A stretch of 59,063 bases of DNA, the filler included. It is 4 parts of 4 records of this genome, joined end to end, with 100 filler letters (N's around TTAATTAATTAA, not from the genome) between each part and the next. Parts side by side here need not be neighbours in the genome. Positions count along the whole stretch, not along the records: positions 1 to 17,456 come from SRR20825006_1166; positions 17,557 to 25,284 come from SRR20825006_1171; 2 more parts are not named here. One strand, 5' to 3'. Within the stretch, counting starts at the first letter, position 1, and every line of letters starts with the position of its first letter. Positions 10,178 through 20,224 of the stretch are shown here, piece after piece. Below the pieces are notes generated by a model, which had not been told where the DNA came from, did no database searches, and saw only the letters and a list, made by a program, of their open reading frames with translations. The position numbers and the translations under genes were made by a program.

Positions 10178-11830
10178 ATGAGAAATTTCATGCCCATAAA
10201 TTCTTTTAAACACGGGAGTTGGATATCCCTGACCATTCTTGTGTGTATTGCTTATTTGGATTTTTCCGGCGCAGTCGGCAGCTTTGATTTTGCGTACTTG
10301 GGTGGTGATGTGCATATGGTGCTCACGCGGGCCTATGTGGAATCTCACCCCGAAATTTTTGCAAAAGATTACTTGTTTAATGATCCACAAAATTACGGGC
10401 ATTACTACAACGCTCAAGTTGCTTTATTCACTGCAAGCGATCATTTTTCTTCTCCCTATGGCCTGCTTTTTCACGCACTTGTGAAAGGAATTTCTAGTTT
10501 AATATTTTTAGTTGGGTTCTTTTGGTTAGGAAAGAACGTTTTAAAAAGTAATCTTTTGTCGCTCTGTTTCTCCCTGTCATGCGCCATCGTTGTTCAAACG
10601 ATAAGCGGTGATTATTGGGGCATATTTAGTATACCGCAAGCACGGTTACTTTTCTCCGCTGTGTTCCCCTTTCTAATAATTTTTGCAATGCAGGGGCCAA
10701 CCAAATGGCAAACTTGGATTTATGCCATGGGGCTGGCCGGAATTGCCCATTGGTTGCATCCAGCATCTGGTCCACCAGTCGCGCTCGCATTGATGCTCAC
10801 TATGTTCAGTCAGGCTTGGGCAGTTATGAGTAAACCGCGTCTGTTCCTGTATAGCATTTCTTCAGGAATTTTATTCTTACTAATAATAACGCCGAATCTT
10901 TTCTCTTACCTATCAGTTGTGATCTCGGCTCCAGAGGGGGCTAATCAAGAGGTCGTGCAGTCCGTCCGGGAGATGCGCCTGAGGAAAGTTTACCTTGACT
11001 CAGTTGCTGGGATAAAAAATTTCTTTTCAAATACGTTCGATGGGCTGCGTGTTATTTTGCCCCTGATTGCATTCGGAGGAATAACGACAATTCCCTTTTA
11101 CAAGGAAAGGACAAAAGCTAAATTTATCACTATTTTTCTGTCCTTCTTGCTGTTACTTTCCACGGGAATTCCAATTCTTGAGCAGCAAATGTCAGCTTAT
11201 CTTGGTAAGCAGCCATCACAGTTGGATATTATCCGTTCATTGCGCTATACGGTGCCATTATTTCTGCTGCTGTGTTTTATTGGAATTAGTGTTTTTAAAT
11301 TTCAAAATGCTATATATCGAAACCTTCTGGGATTGGCTTTTACATTGATTTGGTCAGTCGCTCAGGTTCTGCCAACTCACTCGTATTCCAACCCTGCCTT
11401 TATTCAGGGTGTAAAATGCTTGGCAAAATTGGAAATTTTGTGCTCTCAGGCCAGCAACCAACCACTTGATGAACTGATAAATTTTGTGGCTTATTCGATA
11501 CCAGCCGAGGCCAGAATTTTTGCCCCAGAATTGGGAACAATGTTAAGAGTAGCTGCAAAAAAGCCGCTGGTTTTCAACTGGAAGGATGTTGGGTGGCTGG
11601 CGTATTCAAATCACCTACAACTTGAGAAAAGTTTTGAGGTAGCAAAACACTTCATTGAAACACAGGCTGAATTAAATGCAAGGGTGAGAGCGGTAGAGTG
11701 GCAAAAACTAGCCGCATCGCTTGATGCAGACTACTTGGTCCTAAAATCGCAATCGGTGAAATCTGATTGGATTAAACCCAATAAAATCGTTTTCGAAAAT
11801 GAATATGCCATCATTATATCTGGCAAATAG
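10178..11830 (+). CDS. Large polytopic membrane protein, possible GT-C-type transferase
   Basis: ~11 TM segments, acidic GGD pair in the first extracytoplasmic loop, soluble C-terminal domain ending ...DADYLV...VFENEYAII. Confidence 0.45.
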   Translation: MRNFMPINSFKHGSWISLTILVCIAYLDFSGAVGSFDFAYLGGDVHMVLTRAYVESHPEIFAKDYLFNDPQNYGHYYNAQVALFTASDHFSSPYGLLFHALVKGISSLIFLVGFFWLGKNVLKSNLLSLCFSLSCAIVVQTISGDYWGIFSIPQARLLFSAVFPFLIIFAMQGPTKWQTWIYAMGLAGIAHWLHPASGPPVALALMLTMFSQAWAVMSKPRLFLYSISSGILFLLIITPNLFSYLSVVISAPEGANQEVVQSVREMRLRKVYLDSVAGIKNFFSNTFDGLRVILPLIAFGGITTIPFYKERTKAKFITIFLSFLLLLSTGIPILEQQMSAYLGKQPSQLDIIRSLRYTVPLFLLLCFIGISVFKFQNAIYRNLLGLAFTLIWSVAQVLPTHSYSNPAFIQGVKCLAKLEILCSQASNQPLDELINFVAYSIPAEARIFAPELGTMLRVAAKKPLVFNWKDVGWLAYSNHLQLEKSFEVAKHFIETQAELNARVRAVEWQKLAASLDADYLVLKSQSVKSDWIKPNKIVFENEYAIIISGK

Positions 11831-11864
11831 ATGACTCAAATATAGAAATGGCTCCAGCAAGAAT

Positions 11865-12623
11865 ATGTTACAAAATCCTCAAAAAACCCACTATGAAAAT
11901 ATTCACAATCAATACGAAGCTCATTATTTTGACGCAACATCTTTGAACTATAGAAAAAATTTTATATTCAATGAATTGGTAAAACAAATTGATATTGATG
12001 TTAAAATGGTAGCAGATGTTGCCTGCGGCAGCGGTGGCAACACCTCAATTTTGCTGACGCAAATGGCAACAGATAGTCAATTCATAGGTTTCGATATTTC
12101 GGAACATGCCTGCCAAGCGTATATAGCAAACACAGGCTTTCAAGCCCATTGCCATGATTTAACAGAACCCAATTACGGCGGATTTGATGAAGCATTCGAT
12201 ATTGTAATGATTATTGGCGGATTACATCATATGGTAAACGACCTGACCTCTGCAGCTCAGAATATTATGAAAATGCTCAAGCCTGGCGGCATTCTGTTGG
12301 TTTGTGAGCCAAACTCAGAATACCTCTTAAATGGGGTGAGAGATTTTTGGTACAAGAGAGATAAATATTTTGAGTCTGGAACGGAGCGCGCGCTAAGTGT
12401 GCAGGAACTTGATAACTTTTTCGCTGAAGATTTAAAATTAAAAGAGTTTAAGTATTTTGGAGGCCCTGCATATTTTCTAATATATAATAGCCTGATTACA
12501 CGTGTTCCTCTCTGGATAAAAAAATGGATTGAAAAGCCGTTATTAGTGGCAGAAAAAATGTTTAACAAAATCCCGTCAAATCAAGTGTTTCCTGCATTTT
12601 GGGCGGTATGGAAAAAAGTATGA
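11865..12623 (+). CDS. Class I SAM-dependent methyltransferase
   Basis: VADVACGSG, GFDIS, GGLHH, LKPGG...EPN. Confidence 0.88.
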   Translation: MLQNPQKTHYENIHNQYEAHYFDATSLNYRKNFIFNELVKQIDIDVKMVADVACGSGGNTSILLTQMATDSQFIGFDISEHACQAYIANTGFQAHCHDLTEPNYGGFDEAFDIVMIIGGLHHMVNDLTSAAQNIMKMLKPGGILLVCEPNSEYLLNGVRDFWYKRDKYFESGTERALSVQELDNFFAEDLKLKEFKYFGGPAYFLIYNSLITRVPLWIKKWIEKPLLVAEKMFNKIPSNQVFPAFWAVWKKV

Positions 12624-12961
12624 ATTGGATACTGCTTCTGGGTGTTACGATATTTGCATCTCTCGCGCAAATACTTATGAAATATGCATCTCAGTATGCA
12701 GATCAGGGATTGAACTTGTTCAATAGGCAATTAATTTTCTATGTAGTCATAAGTTTTACTGCATCTTGTATTGGTCAAGTGATGTGGTTTTTCGTATTGC
12801 GTAGCAATCCGTTGAGCACAAGCTATCTGTTTTTGGCGCTCGTTTTTGTTTTTGTACCACTGGCTGGGGCAATACTGTTTTTAGAGACTTTACAACCATT
12901 ACATTTTGTATCAATTGCACTAATCATCTGTGGTGTTTTGCTGCTCGGAATAGCCAAATGA
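12620..12961 (+). CDS. Small 4-TM DMT/EamA protein (ArnE/ArnF-like flippase subunit)
   Basis: AQILMK, PLSTSY, LFLET motifs; ATGA overlap with the methyltransferase stop. Confidence 0.7.
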   Translation: MNWILLLGVTIFASLAQILMKYASQYADQGLNLFNRQLIFYVVISFTASCIGQVMWFFVLRSNPLSTSYLFLALVFVFVPLAGAILFLETLQPLHFVSIALIICGVLLLGIAK

Positions 12962-12970
12962 ACCTAGTTT

Positions 12971-14890
12971 CTATCTGGAGAGCAACTTCCGCCATTGCGC
13001 TAGGGTCATAAGTGTCCAAATTATATATGAGTTGTTTTGCCTACCTCTAATATGTTCTATTACCAACTGGGCAACTGCGCTAGGGTCAAAGTAAGGCATA
13101 AGCAGATCTTGATCATATAATAGATCAATCATCACGGATTTATAGTCTCCGCGTAAGAGTTGCGCGATCGGCATGTTAAAGCCAGTTTTGGATCGCTTGC
13201 TGATATCGTCGCTAAACCCATATAAGTTCAATAATTCACGCAAGATCGGTTTTGTATGATTTCCTGTAGGTAATTTGAATTTTAACGGAATTTTAGCGGC
13301 TGCTTCCCTAAATTCCTTGTCCAAAAATGGTACGCGCACTTCAACTCCATGCGCCATGCTCATACGATCAGTTTTTATCAACATGTCGCCTGGCAGATAA
13401 TGTTTTATATCCGCATGTTGCCCCCATACAGCGGCATCGTTGCCGCCATATATCTCACGGCCATTTTCAATTGATCGGACGTAATCTGCAAGCCCGTCCT
13501 CCAACTGTGTGCGAAACTCTGGCATACACAGCGAGCTCAAATGCCAAGGCATGGCATAACGTCGCCATTCGACGTGAGCGTATTCTTTATTGGGTATACC
13601 CTGTACTAAACGTGATAGGAGCTCAAACTTTGGATAGCGTCTTTCATCGTTCGCCTCAATATTAGCTAATAGTTGGGCGAAATATTGAGTTGGCGCAAAT
13701 TTAGCTAAATGGCCAAACCATGAAGCTAAGCGCGTTGCATTATAAGTAAAATATCCGCCGAATAATTCGTCTGCCCCGTCACCTGAAAGAACAACTTTCG
13801 CAACCTTTGATGATGCTTGGGACAGGAGATATACGGCTAAAGCCGAGCTGTCGGCAATTTCTCCGTCAAGGTGCCAAACAATTTTTTGGAACATTTCTTG
13901 AGCATCTATTCGGTGGTCTGCAGAAATTAACCTGAAAGGCGATCCAACATGTGAAGCTGCGATTTGTGCGTCTTTCGATTCATCATAGTCGTCCGCACCC
14001 GTCGAAAAGATTAACGCGGTTGGCTTTGGCGATTGGGTTGCGGCATTAATTAAACTTGAATCGACCCCACCGGATTGCCAGATGCCAAGAGGTGCATCAG
14101 AAACTCTTTGAGCCTCAATTGCCTTTTCAAAATGAGGTTTAAGAAAATGCGCAGCATCGGCATGTGAATTCACATCCGCAAAGCTCATTTCGTGGGACTG
14201 GTTGTTTTCGGGCCGAAATGTTTTCATTTGGCCGTACCGGTCAATCTTCAAAACCTCGCCAGGCGGCAGGCTTATAACATCTTCCATCAAAGACTTGTGG
14301 GCACCAACATATCCCTGAGCCAGCAATGAGCCCACAGCCTCTATGGAAATTTTCCGTTCAAAATATCTCAGGGATAAAAAGGCTTTCGTCTCAGATGCGA
14401 AAGCGATAAATCCTCGCGATTTATTTTGGTAAATGTAGAGTGGTTTGATTCCAATTGCATCGCGCGCCAGAATAAACTCCATTTTACGGGCATTATATGC
14501 AGCGAAAGCAAACATGCCATTCAACTTTTCAATTGAATCAATGCCTTCGTGCTCCAACAATTCAACAAGTGCCTCCGTATCGCACTTGGTTTTGGTGTGG
14601 ATGCCATAACCCGTTTTAAGCCAGTCTTTCAGCTGATTATCATTATAAATCTCACCGTTGTAAACAATAACAGTATTGCCGTTGGCGCTTGCCATAGGCT
14701 GAATGCCTTGCGAACTTAGATCCCGAATTGCCAATCTTTGATGGCCGAAGCCCAGATTGAAATGGGGGTTTGAGTAAAAACTAGTTTGAAAAGCGTCAGG
14801 TCCACGATGAACGAGCGCACGTGTCATGGAGTGAAGTTCGTCTTGGATATCGTTTCTTTGGAAACTCAGGATTCCGGCGATACCACACAT
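12971..14890 (-). CDS. Asparagine synthase (glutamine-hydrolysing)-like amidotransferase
   Basis: MCGIAG, HRGPD, YNGEIYN, SGGVDSS, SGDGADELFGGY, DRMSMAHGVEVRVPFLD. Confidence 0.92.
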   Translation of the reverse strand: MCGIAGILSFQRNDIQDELHSMTRALVHRGPDAFQTSFYSNPHFNLGFGHQRLAIRDLSSQGIQPMASANGNTVIVYNGEIYNDNQLKDWLKTGYGIHTKTKCDTEALVELLEHEGIDSIEKLNGMFAFAAYNARKMEFILARDAIGIKPLYIYQNKSRGFIAFASETKAFLSLRYFERKISIEAVGSLLAQGYVGAHKSLMEDVISLPPGEVLKIDRYGQMKTFRPENNQSHEMSFADVNSHADAAHFLKPHFEKAIEAQRVSDAPLGIWQSGGVDSSLINAATQSPKPTALIFSTGADDYDESKDAQIAASHVGSPFRLISADHRIDAQEMFQKIVWHLDGEIADSSALAVYLLSQASSKVAKVVLSGDGADELFGGYFTYNATRLASWFGHLAKFAPTQYFAQLLANIEANDERRYPKFELLSRLVQGIPNKEYAHVEWRRYAMPWHLSSLCMPEFRTQLEDGLADYVRSIENGREIYGGNDAAVWGQHADIKHYLPGDMLIKTDRMSMAHGVEVRVPFLDKEFREAAAKIPLKFKLPTGNHTKPILRELLNLYGFSDDISKRSKTGFNMPIAQLLRGDYKSVMIDLLYDQDLLMPYFDPSAVAQLVIEHIRGRQNNSYIIWTLMTLAQWRKLLSR

Positions 14891-15534
14891 TTACTCAGGA
14901 GCTCGTGCAGTGTATAGGGTATTTAAACTGTAGCAAAGTCCCTGATATCTTAGGTTAAAAAAGCCGGCATCCTTAATTAGGGTAATCACATCTGAACGGT
15001 CCATGCCCATAAGCTCGTCAGGGTGCATCTCCCGTTGTTTGTCCTCGCCATACCACCATTGAGCATGCCCAACCACGCTCACAAAATTTCCAATCATCGC
15101 AATCACAATTTCTCCGTTTGGTCGCAGCAAGCGTAATACCTCTTTGAGAGCTTCACTCCGTTCTGGAATATGGTTCAAGCAAGCAATAAAACTGACGGTA
15201 TCGAATGTATCGTCAGCAAATGGCAACTTATCGGCACTCTCAATAACTTGAATTTCGTCCGTCCATTGCATCAACTTAACACCAACATTGTTATGGTCAG
15301 CACCTCCTTTATGTTGTTCATAAAGCTTCAACAACATATTGTCCCTGCAACCAATATCCAGCGTCGACCCTTCCAACTCATTAAGTGCGATACGAAGCCG
15401 TTCTGCAGTTCTGCACGCAAAGATGTTAAGTGCATCAATTTCGAATAATGACCCGGTAAAGCAATCATCCTGAGAGGCGCTCCAACAAAATCCCAAACTT
15501 GCTGCGGGAAAGTTTTATCATTGGCTAACTCCAA
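14891..15534 (-). pseudogene. Class I SAM methyltransferase frameshifted by an 8-bp duplication
   Basis: ORF 15328-15534 (..LTSLRAE) and ORF 14891-15496 (..AERLRIALNELEGSTLDIGC..) join in frame if one copy of gttctgca (15400-15407/15408-15415) is removed. Confidence 0.8.
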
Positions 15535-15593
15535 ATCAGGTGGTGAGCGGAATGAAAGGCATGCCCGATTTCTGTGCGATCTACCATTACTAT

Positions 15594-16514
15594 CTATACT
15601 TTTTTGCTCGTTTTTACGGACTGCAAGTGCATTTTAAGCTTCCCAATCTCCGTGCTGTGCTGAATCCGCAATAGGCTAACTTGGTCAGCAATAATGCCAA
15701 TTCCAAATAGCAATATGCTGGTTACGAGCATTAGGCTTCCAAGAACCGGCACCCCCTGATTGTTCATCACAATTGTCACAGTGCTATAGAACACTCCAAT
15801 GACCAAAAATCCCAACGATATACTTCCAAACAATCTGAACGGATGTATTAAGCTGGCAACGCGCAACACTGTCAAAAAAGTTCGAAAACCATCTTTCAGG
15901 GCAACTTTGCTTTCACCACGTCGAACATTCAGTTCAATTTTTAAAAAATCGTGCGGGAGATTTGAGCGCAAAACGAGGAATGTACTGGTTGTGCTAGCAC
16001 TATACCCCTTTGGCAGCAAGGGAAGAAATTCGGTAATTATGTCGCGACGAAACAACCTGAGACCACAATTAAAGTCCCTGACAAATCCCAGCCCCAGCAT
16101 GGCAGCGAACAATCTTATAAGAGACTTTCCGACAAACCTTGTGCTAGATACTGAACTTGAACGTTCTCCAATTACGGCAGCTAAGTGGTCGTTTGTCAAA
16201 CGTTTAAACATTGAATTCAAATCTGCAGCCCTATGTTCACCATCGGCATCAAACCAAGCGACATATTTCCCTGTTGCGAGTTCAATACCTTTCGTCAGAG
16301 ATGCGCCATATCCCTGATTGAATTCACTTCTGTACACACACACACCATCATGTGCACTTGCAATTTTACCTGTTTGGTCAGAACTGCAGTCGTCAATTAT
16401 AATAATGTTAGCCCCTGACAAATTGCTCTGAATGTCTATAATAACATCGGCAATTGCTGCTTCTTCATTATAGGCTGGAATAATAACGTCTAATTCTGCA
16501 TATTGAAGAACCAT
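15594..16514 (-). CDS. GT2 polyprenyl-phosphate glycosyltransferase (DPM1/GtrB/ArnC-like)
   Basis: IIPAYNEE, DDCSSD, NQGYG, FDADGEH, DFNCGLR, two C-terminal TM helices. Confidence 0.85.
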   Translation of the reverse strand: MVLQYAELDVIIPAYNEEAAIADVIIDIQSNLSGANIIIIDDCSSDQTGKIASAHDGVCVYRSEFNQGYGASLTKGIELATGKYVAWFDADGEHRAADLNSMFKRLTNDHLAAVIGERSSSVSSTRFVGKSLIRLFAAMLGLGFVRDFNCGLRLFRRDIITEFLPLLPKGYSASTTSTFLVLRSNLPHDFLKIELNVRRGESKVALKDGFRTFLTVLRVASLIHPFRLFGSISLGFLVIGVFYSTVTIVMNNQGVPVLGSLMLVTSILLFGIGIIADQVSLLRIQHSTEIGKLKMHLQSVKTSKKV

Positions 16515-16657
16515 AAGTGCCTTTCAAGGAGTTAATCAAATAAAATGAACTTCATATTATTGTGAATTCGTTTGGGATTTTCTTGTATCCAATATTATGT
16601 AAGGATTTACAATAGGAAGATAACACTAATTTTGTATTCGACCACAAAAGAATCAGT

Positions 16658-17420
16658 TTAAGTTTGGTGATATTTTCTAGAAACTTTGTTTTGATTATAC
16701 AGCCTAAATTCAGCGAAGAGAGACAATTGGGCCATGGAAAACTGTCCGAAAATACTATTGCTAAAATGAAGTTTGTTCAGACGGGCCTTTTTGGCCATAC
16801 CGTATAGATATGCAGGTGGGTTTAAGACCTTGTTTGACATGTGTTTTTCATAGGTTAGTCTGAGGGCAATAGCAAAGGAGTGATGCCCCAGTTGGGTGAT
16901 GAGGTTTGAGTAAAGTGCTGAAGAAATCCCTGTCATTCGAGCAGCTTGCTTAGAATTTTTCATTAAATTTTCCCTAGAGTTTATGGGCCGCTTAGTTCCG
17001 TAATCAGGTTGATTTAGTTTAGGCATGCTTGGAAAATTTATGAAAAGTTGAGTTATTACAATGTGTTATGGACTTATAGTTTGTGTATCTTTGTCCAGTT
17101 TTTGTGCACTAATTGCTACTTTTGTGTCAAGGCCGAGAGCTTTGATAAAGTAGGTTTCCACAGTGCTATAAATAGCATCATAGAGCAGCAAGGTCTCCCC
17201 CTGTCCTTTTGCTGTAGATCTTAGTACAGACAGAGCAGGAGCTAGAATTGGTATCAAGCCCTTTGCTGCATGGCATCAATAAGTATAAAGCGAATCGAAT
17301 GACGCAAGCGGGCGCTTCCCCTGCTCCCTATTTGCAGTTTGGATAAAGCAGCAAATAAAATATCCCACAGCACCAACAGGGCTGGTTTAAGGCCAATATG
17401 AGCCGCCACTTTTTTGCCGC
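16658..17420 (-). pseudogene. repC: Decayed RepABC-type replication initiator
   Basis: Fragments KKVAAHIGLKPALLVLWDILFA and (shifted frame) REQGKRPLA resemble the RepC N-terminus; VLNPPAYLYGMAKKARLNKLHFSNSIFG resembles the RepC C-terminus; several frame breaks. Confidence 0.65.
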
Positions 17421-17426
17421 ATGAAT

Positions 17427-17456
17427 GGCTGTTGAGGATTGCCTGTGCTCTGCCGA
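17427..17456 (+). repeat. 30-bp terminal repeat, inverted partner of 1-30
   Basis: Exact reverse complement of 1-30, directly at the contig end. Confidence 0.9.
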
Positions 17457-17556
17457 NNNNNNNNNNNNNNNNNNNNNNNNNNNNNNNNNNNNNNNNNNNN
17501 TTAATTAATTAANNNNNNNNNNNNNNNNNNNNNNNNNNNNNNNNNNNNNNNNNNNN
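17457..17556. other. Artificial contig spacer
   Basis: N44-TTAATTAATTAA-N44 (stops in six frames). Confidence 0.98.
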
Positions 17557-18045
17557 GATATCCTCGATATTCTCGATCACCAGCGTGACGCCGATTGCCT
17601 CGGCCCGCTTCACCGCATCGTCCAGCGTGGCATGCACCCGTCCGACGGCCTCTTCCATGCTGCCCGGCTTGTTATCGAAATTATTGTAATTCCAGGTCGT
17701 GAAGGGGCTGTGCACGACCATCTGCGTGGCGCCGATCTCCTCGCAGGCATCGAGGCCCTGCATCATCCTCTTTTTCACGACCTCGCGGATATCCGGGTCC
17801 ATGGAGTCGATGACAAAGCCCCAGAACGGTCCGTGAATGCCGAGCCGGCCCGTATATCCGGAAAGCTGCTTTTTGATTTCCGCCGCCCGTGACTTCCAGT
17901 CGCCGTTCAGAACCTCCGCCGTATGAAAATCCTGAATTTCGAGATCCCGCTGACCATCGATCAGCCAGTCCCGATAACGCTCAAGCATACGGGCGGGCAT
18001 GGCCGCGCCAAGGGTGGGCAAGGGTGTGGCGGCGACATCGTTCAT
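17557..18045 (-). CDS. Sugar-phosphate isomerase/epimerase, xylose-isomerase-like TIM barrel (3' truncated)
   Basis: GIHGPF, MVVHSP, LVIENIED; runs into the spacer. Confidence 0.8.
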
Positions 18046-18215
18046 TGGAGAGAGTTCCTGTTACGGTGATGACTGGGACGAAGAAAGCTGGAGTGTGCCG
18101 TCCACGCGATTTGCATAACAAAGAAATTTTCGAGACACTGTATGTGACCGGTTGAAGATGCATGTGGTGGGGCACGCTGCATCCGTTGCTTTACGCGCAA
18201 GGCGCGGGAGAACCG

Positions 18216-18614
18216 ATGCCCATAGTCATCGACTACACCAAGGCCGGAATTCATCGTGTCTTTTCAGGACATATTAATTTCGTCGACGTGTTCCAGGCCA
18301 ACGGAGAGATATGGGGCCATCCGGACTGGGACAAATTCCGTTATATGGTCGACGATCTCCGGGGTATATCAAGCACCAGCTTCAATCGGGACGATGCCGC
18401 ACTGACCGGGAAAATGCATATCCCCGCTGCGAGCTCCAATCCCAGACTGCGCGTCGCGGCAATCTCGAACGATCCCAAAATTCTCCCCGTTCTGAAGGAA
18501 TTCGAGCCGCTTATGGCAGAGGTCGGCTGGCAATACCGGATTTGCCGGACCGCTGAAGAAGCCTGGGACTGGGCAGTGCCTGACGGCAAGCCTCGCCAGG
18601 CTGACGCCAACTAG
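18216..18614 (+). CDS. Hypothetical protein, STAS/SEC14 (SpoIIAA-like) fold
   Basis: DLRGI, RVAAIS and C-terminal EEAWDW pattern; GGGAG RBS before ATG 18216. Confidence 0.5.
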   Translation: MPIVIDYTKAGIHRVFSGHINFVDVFQANGEIWGHPDWDKFRYMVDDLRGISSTSFNRDDAALTGKMHIPAASSNPRLRVAAISNDPKILPVLKEFEPLMAEVGWQYRICRTAEEAWDWAVPDGKPRQADAN

Positions 18615-20224
18615 GCCGTATGGGGATCTCTCAAGCGGGGCTGGTCAGATGACGGCATATCCGAAAAACGCTCGCGCACGGCAGCGATCTCGTCAAAACT
18701 CTCCATGAACAGGTCGATCCCGCGCGGATCGAAATGGCGTCCGCGCTGCTCCGTCATGAATGTCCGGATATCCGCCGGCGACCAGGCCTTCTTGTAGCTT
18801 CGCGTGCTGCCAAGAGCGTCAAACACGTCCGCGATTGCGACCAGCCGTCCATAGATGTGAATTTCCTCACCCTTTTTTCCATGCGGATAACCGGAGCCAT
18901 CCCATTTCTCATGATGCTCCAGGGCAATGATCGAGGCTGTTTTCAAAATCTTGCGGTTTGATCCAACAAGCATCCGGTGACCGAGTTCAGCATGGGATTT
19001 CATGATCTCCCACTCTTCCGGCTCAAGTTTTCCGGGCTTGTTCAGTATGGCATCCGGAATGCCGATCTTGCCGATATCATGGAGCGGCGCAGCCAGCTTG
19101 ATCAGCTCGACCTCGTCACTGCCGAGCCCATACGCGGCGGCGAGCATGCGGCTGATCTCAGCCACCCGCTTCACATGATTTCCTGTTTCCTCCGAGCGGG
19201 TCTCCACCGCGTCACCGAGCAGATAGACAATCTCACGCTGCGTGCTGAAGACATCCTCGTGCAGCTGCGCGTTCTCGAAAGCGATGGATACGTTCTGGAT
19301 GAATAGCTCCAGCAAGCGCCTATCAACCGGACTGATCGCGCTGACACCGGACATATAGGTCAGGTTCACCCCGCCTTGCCGGTCCTCGAAAAAGCCTATG
19401 AAATCACCATCTTCATAACTGCTTTTCCGGCTCTTGATGGCACCATCCAGCCGGCGGACAATGTCTTCCGGTAAAGCATTTTTCGCATCGCGGCCCGCAT
19501 AGGTGCTGAAGTCTCCTGTCCCGGCCAAAATATGTAATCTGTCGCCGGTATAGGAGGCTGCAAGACCGCCTCTCACCATACTGTTCTTCTGCATGTAAAC
19601 CGCGCTTGGATCGAGATGGAGGAGCGCGGTGAGCTGCTCGAGGGCCCCTTCGGCGAACTTGTTCATCGATTTGAGCTCGAACACATTGGCTGATGCCGAG
19701 ATCACCTGCTCCAGACCGTGCTTGTTCTGCTCTATCGTGATGATGTCCCGATAGGACCGGAGCGCGCTGCACAGCAGGGTGAACAGCTTCGTCGCAGTGA
19801 GGTCCGTCTTTTCCTTGTAGTCGTTGATGTCGTAATTCGCGATGACCTTGCGTTCCGGCGCCTGCCCTGGCTGCCCCGTCCGCAAGACAATACGCGAGCG
19901 CCAGTTATTCAGCTCCTCCCGAATGTACTGCACAACCTGAAGGCCGGCATGCTCGGTCTCCATAACCACATCCAGCAGGATCAGCGCGGCATCCTGATGC
20001 TCCGCCAGAACATCCTTTGCCTCGGTGCCGGAATAACAACTGATGAAACTCAACCCGCGGCCCGCGAACTCGAAATCCGCCAGCGTCAACTTGGTGACAT
20101 CATGCATGCCCGGATCGTCGTCGATGATGATGATCTTCCATTTGGGTTGCACGGCATGCGGACGGTCCAGGGCAGCGGTATCCGGCTCCTCGGCAGCGAA
20201 GATAAGGGCATCGTCATCAATCAT
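18611..20224 (-). CDS. Response regulator with DUF3369-like middle domain and HD-GYP c-di-GMP phosphodiesterase
   Basis: REC (IIIDDD, LLDVVME, LRTGQPGQAPE), LHDIGKIG, HHEKWDGSGYP. Confidence 0.92.
   Translation of the reverse strand: MIDDDALIFAAEEPDTAALDRPHAVQPKWKIIIIDDDPGMHDVTKLTLADFEFAGRGLSFISCYSGTEAKDVLAEHQDAALILLDVVMETEHAGLQVVQYIREELNNWRSRIVLRTGQPGQAPERKVIANYDINDYKEKTDLTATKLFTLLCSALRSYRDIITIEQNKHGLEQVISASANVFELKSMNKFAEGALEQLTALLHLDPSAVYMQKNSMVRGGLAASYTGDRLHILAGTGDFSTYAGRDAKNALPEDIVRRLDGAIKSRKSSYEDGDFIGFFEDRQGGVNLTYMSGVSAISPVDRRLLELFIQNVSIAFENAQLHEDVFSTQREIVYLLGDAVETRSEETGNHVKRVAEISRMLAAAYGLGSDEVELIKLAAPLHDIGKIGIPDAILNKPGKLEPEEWEIMKSHAELGHRMLVGSNRKILKTASIIALEHHEKWDGSGYPHGKKGEEIHIYGRLVAIADVFDALGSTRSYKKAWSPADIRTFMTEQRGRHFDPRGIDLFMESFDEIAAVRERFSDMPSSDQPRLRDPHTA

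Noticed and set aside
17457-17556. TTAATTAATTAA palindrome in N-runs (also 25285-25384 and 39689-39788)
   Set aside because: Identical 100-nt artificial joiner; ORFs running into it are truncated by assembly, not pseudogenes
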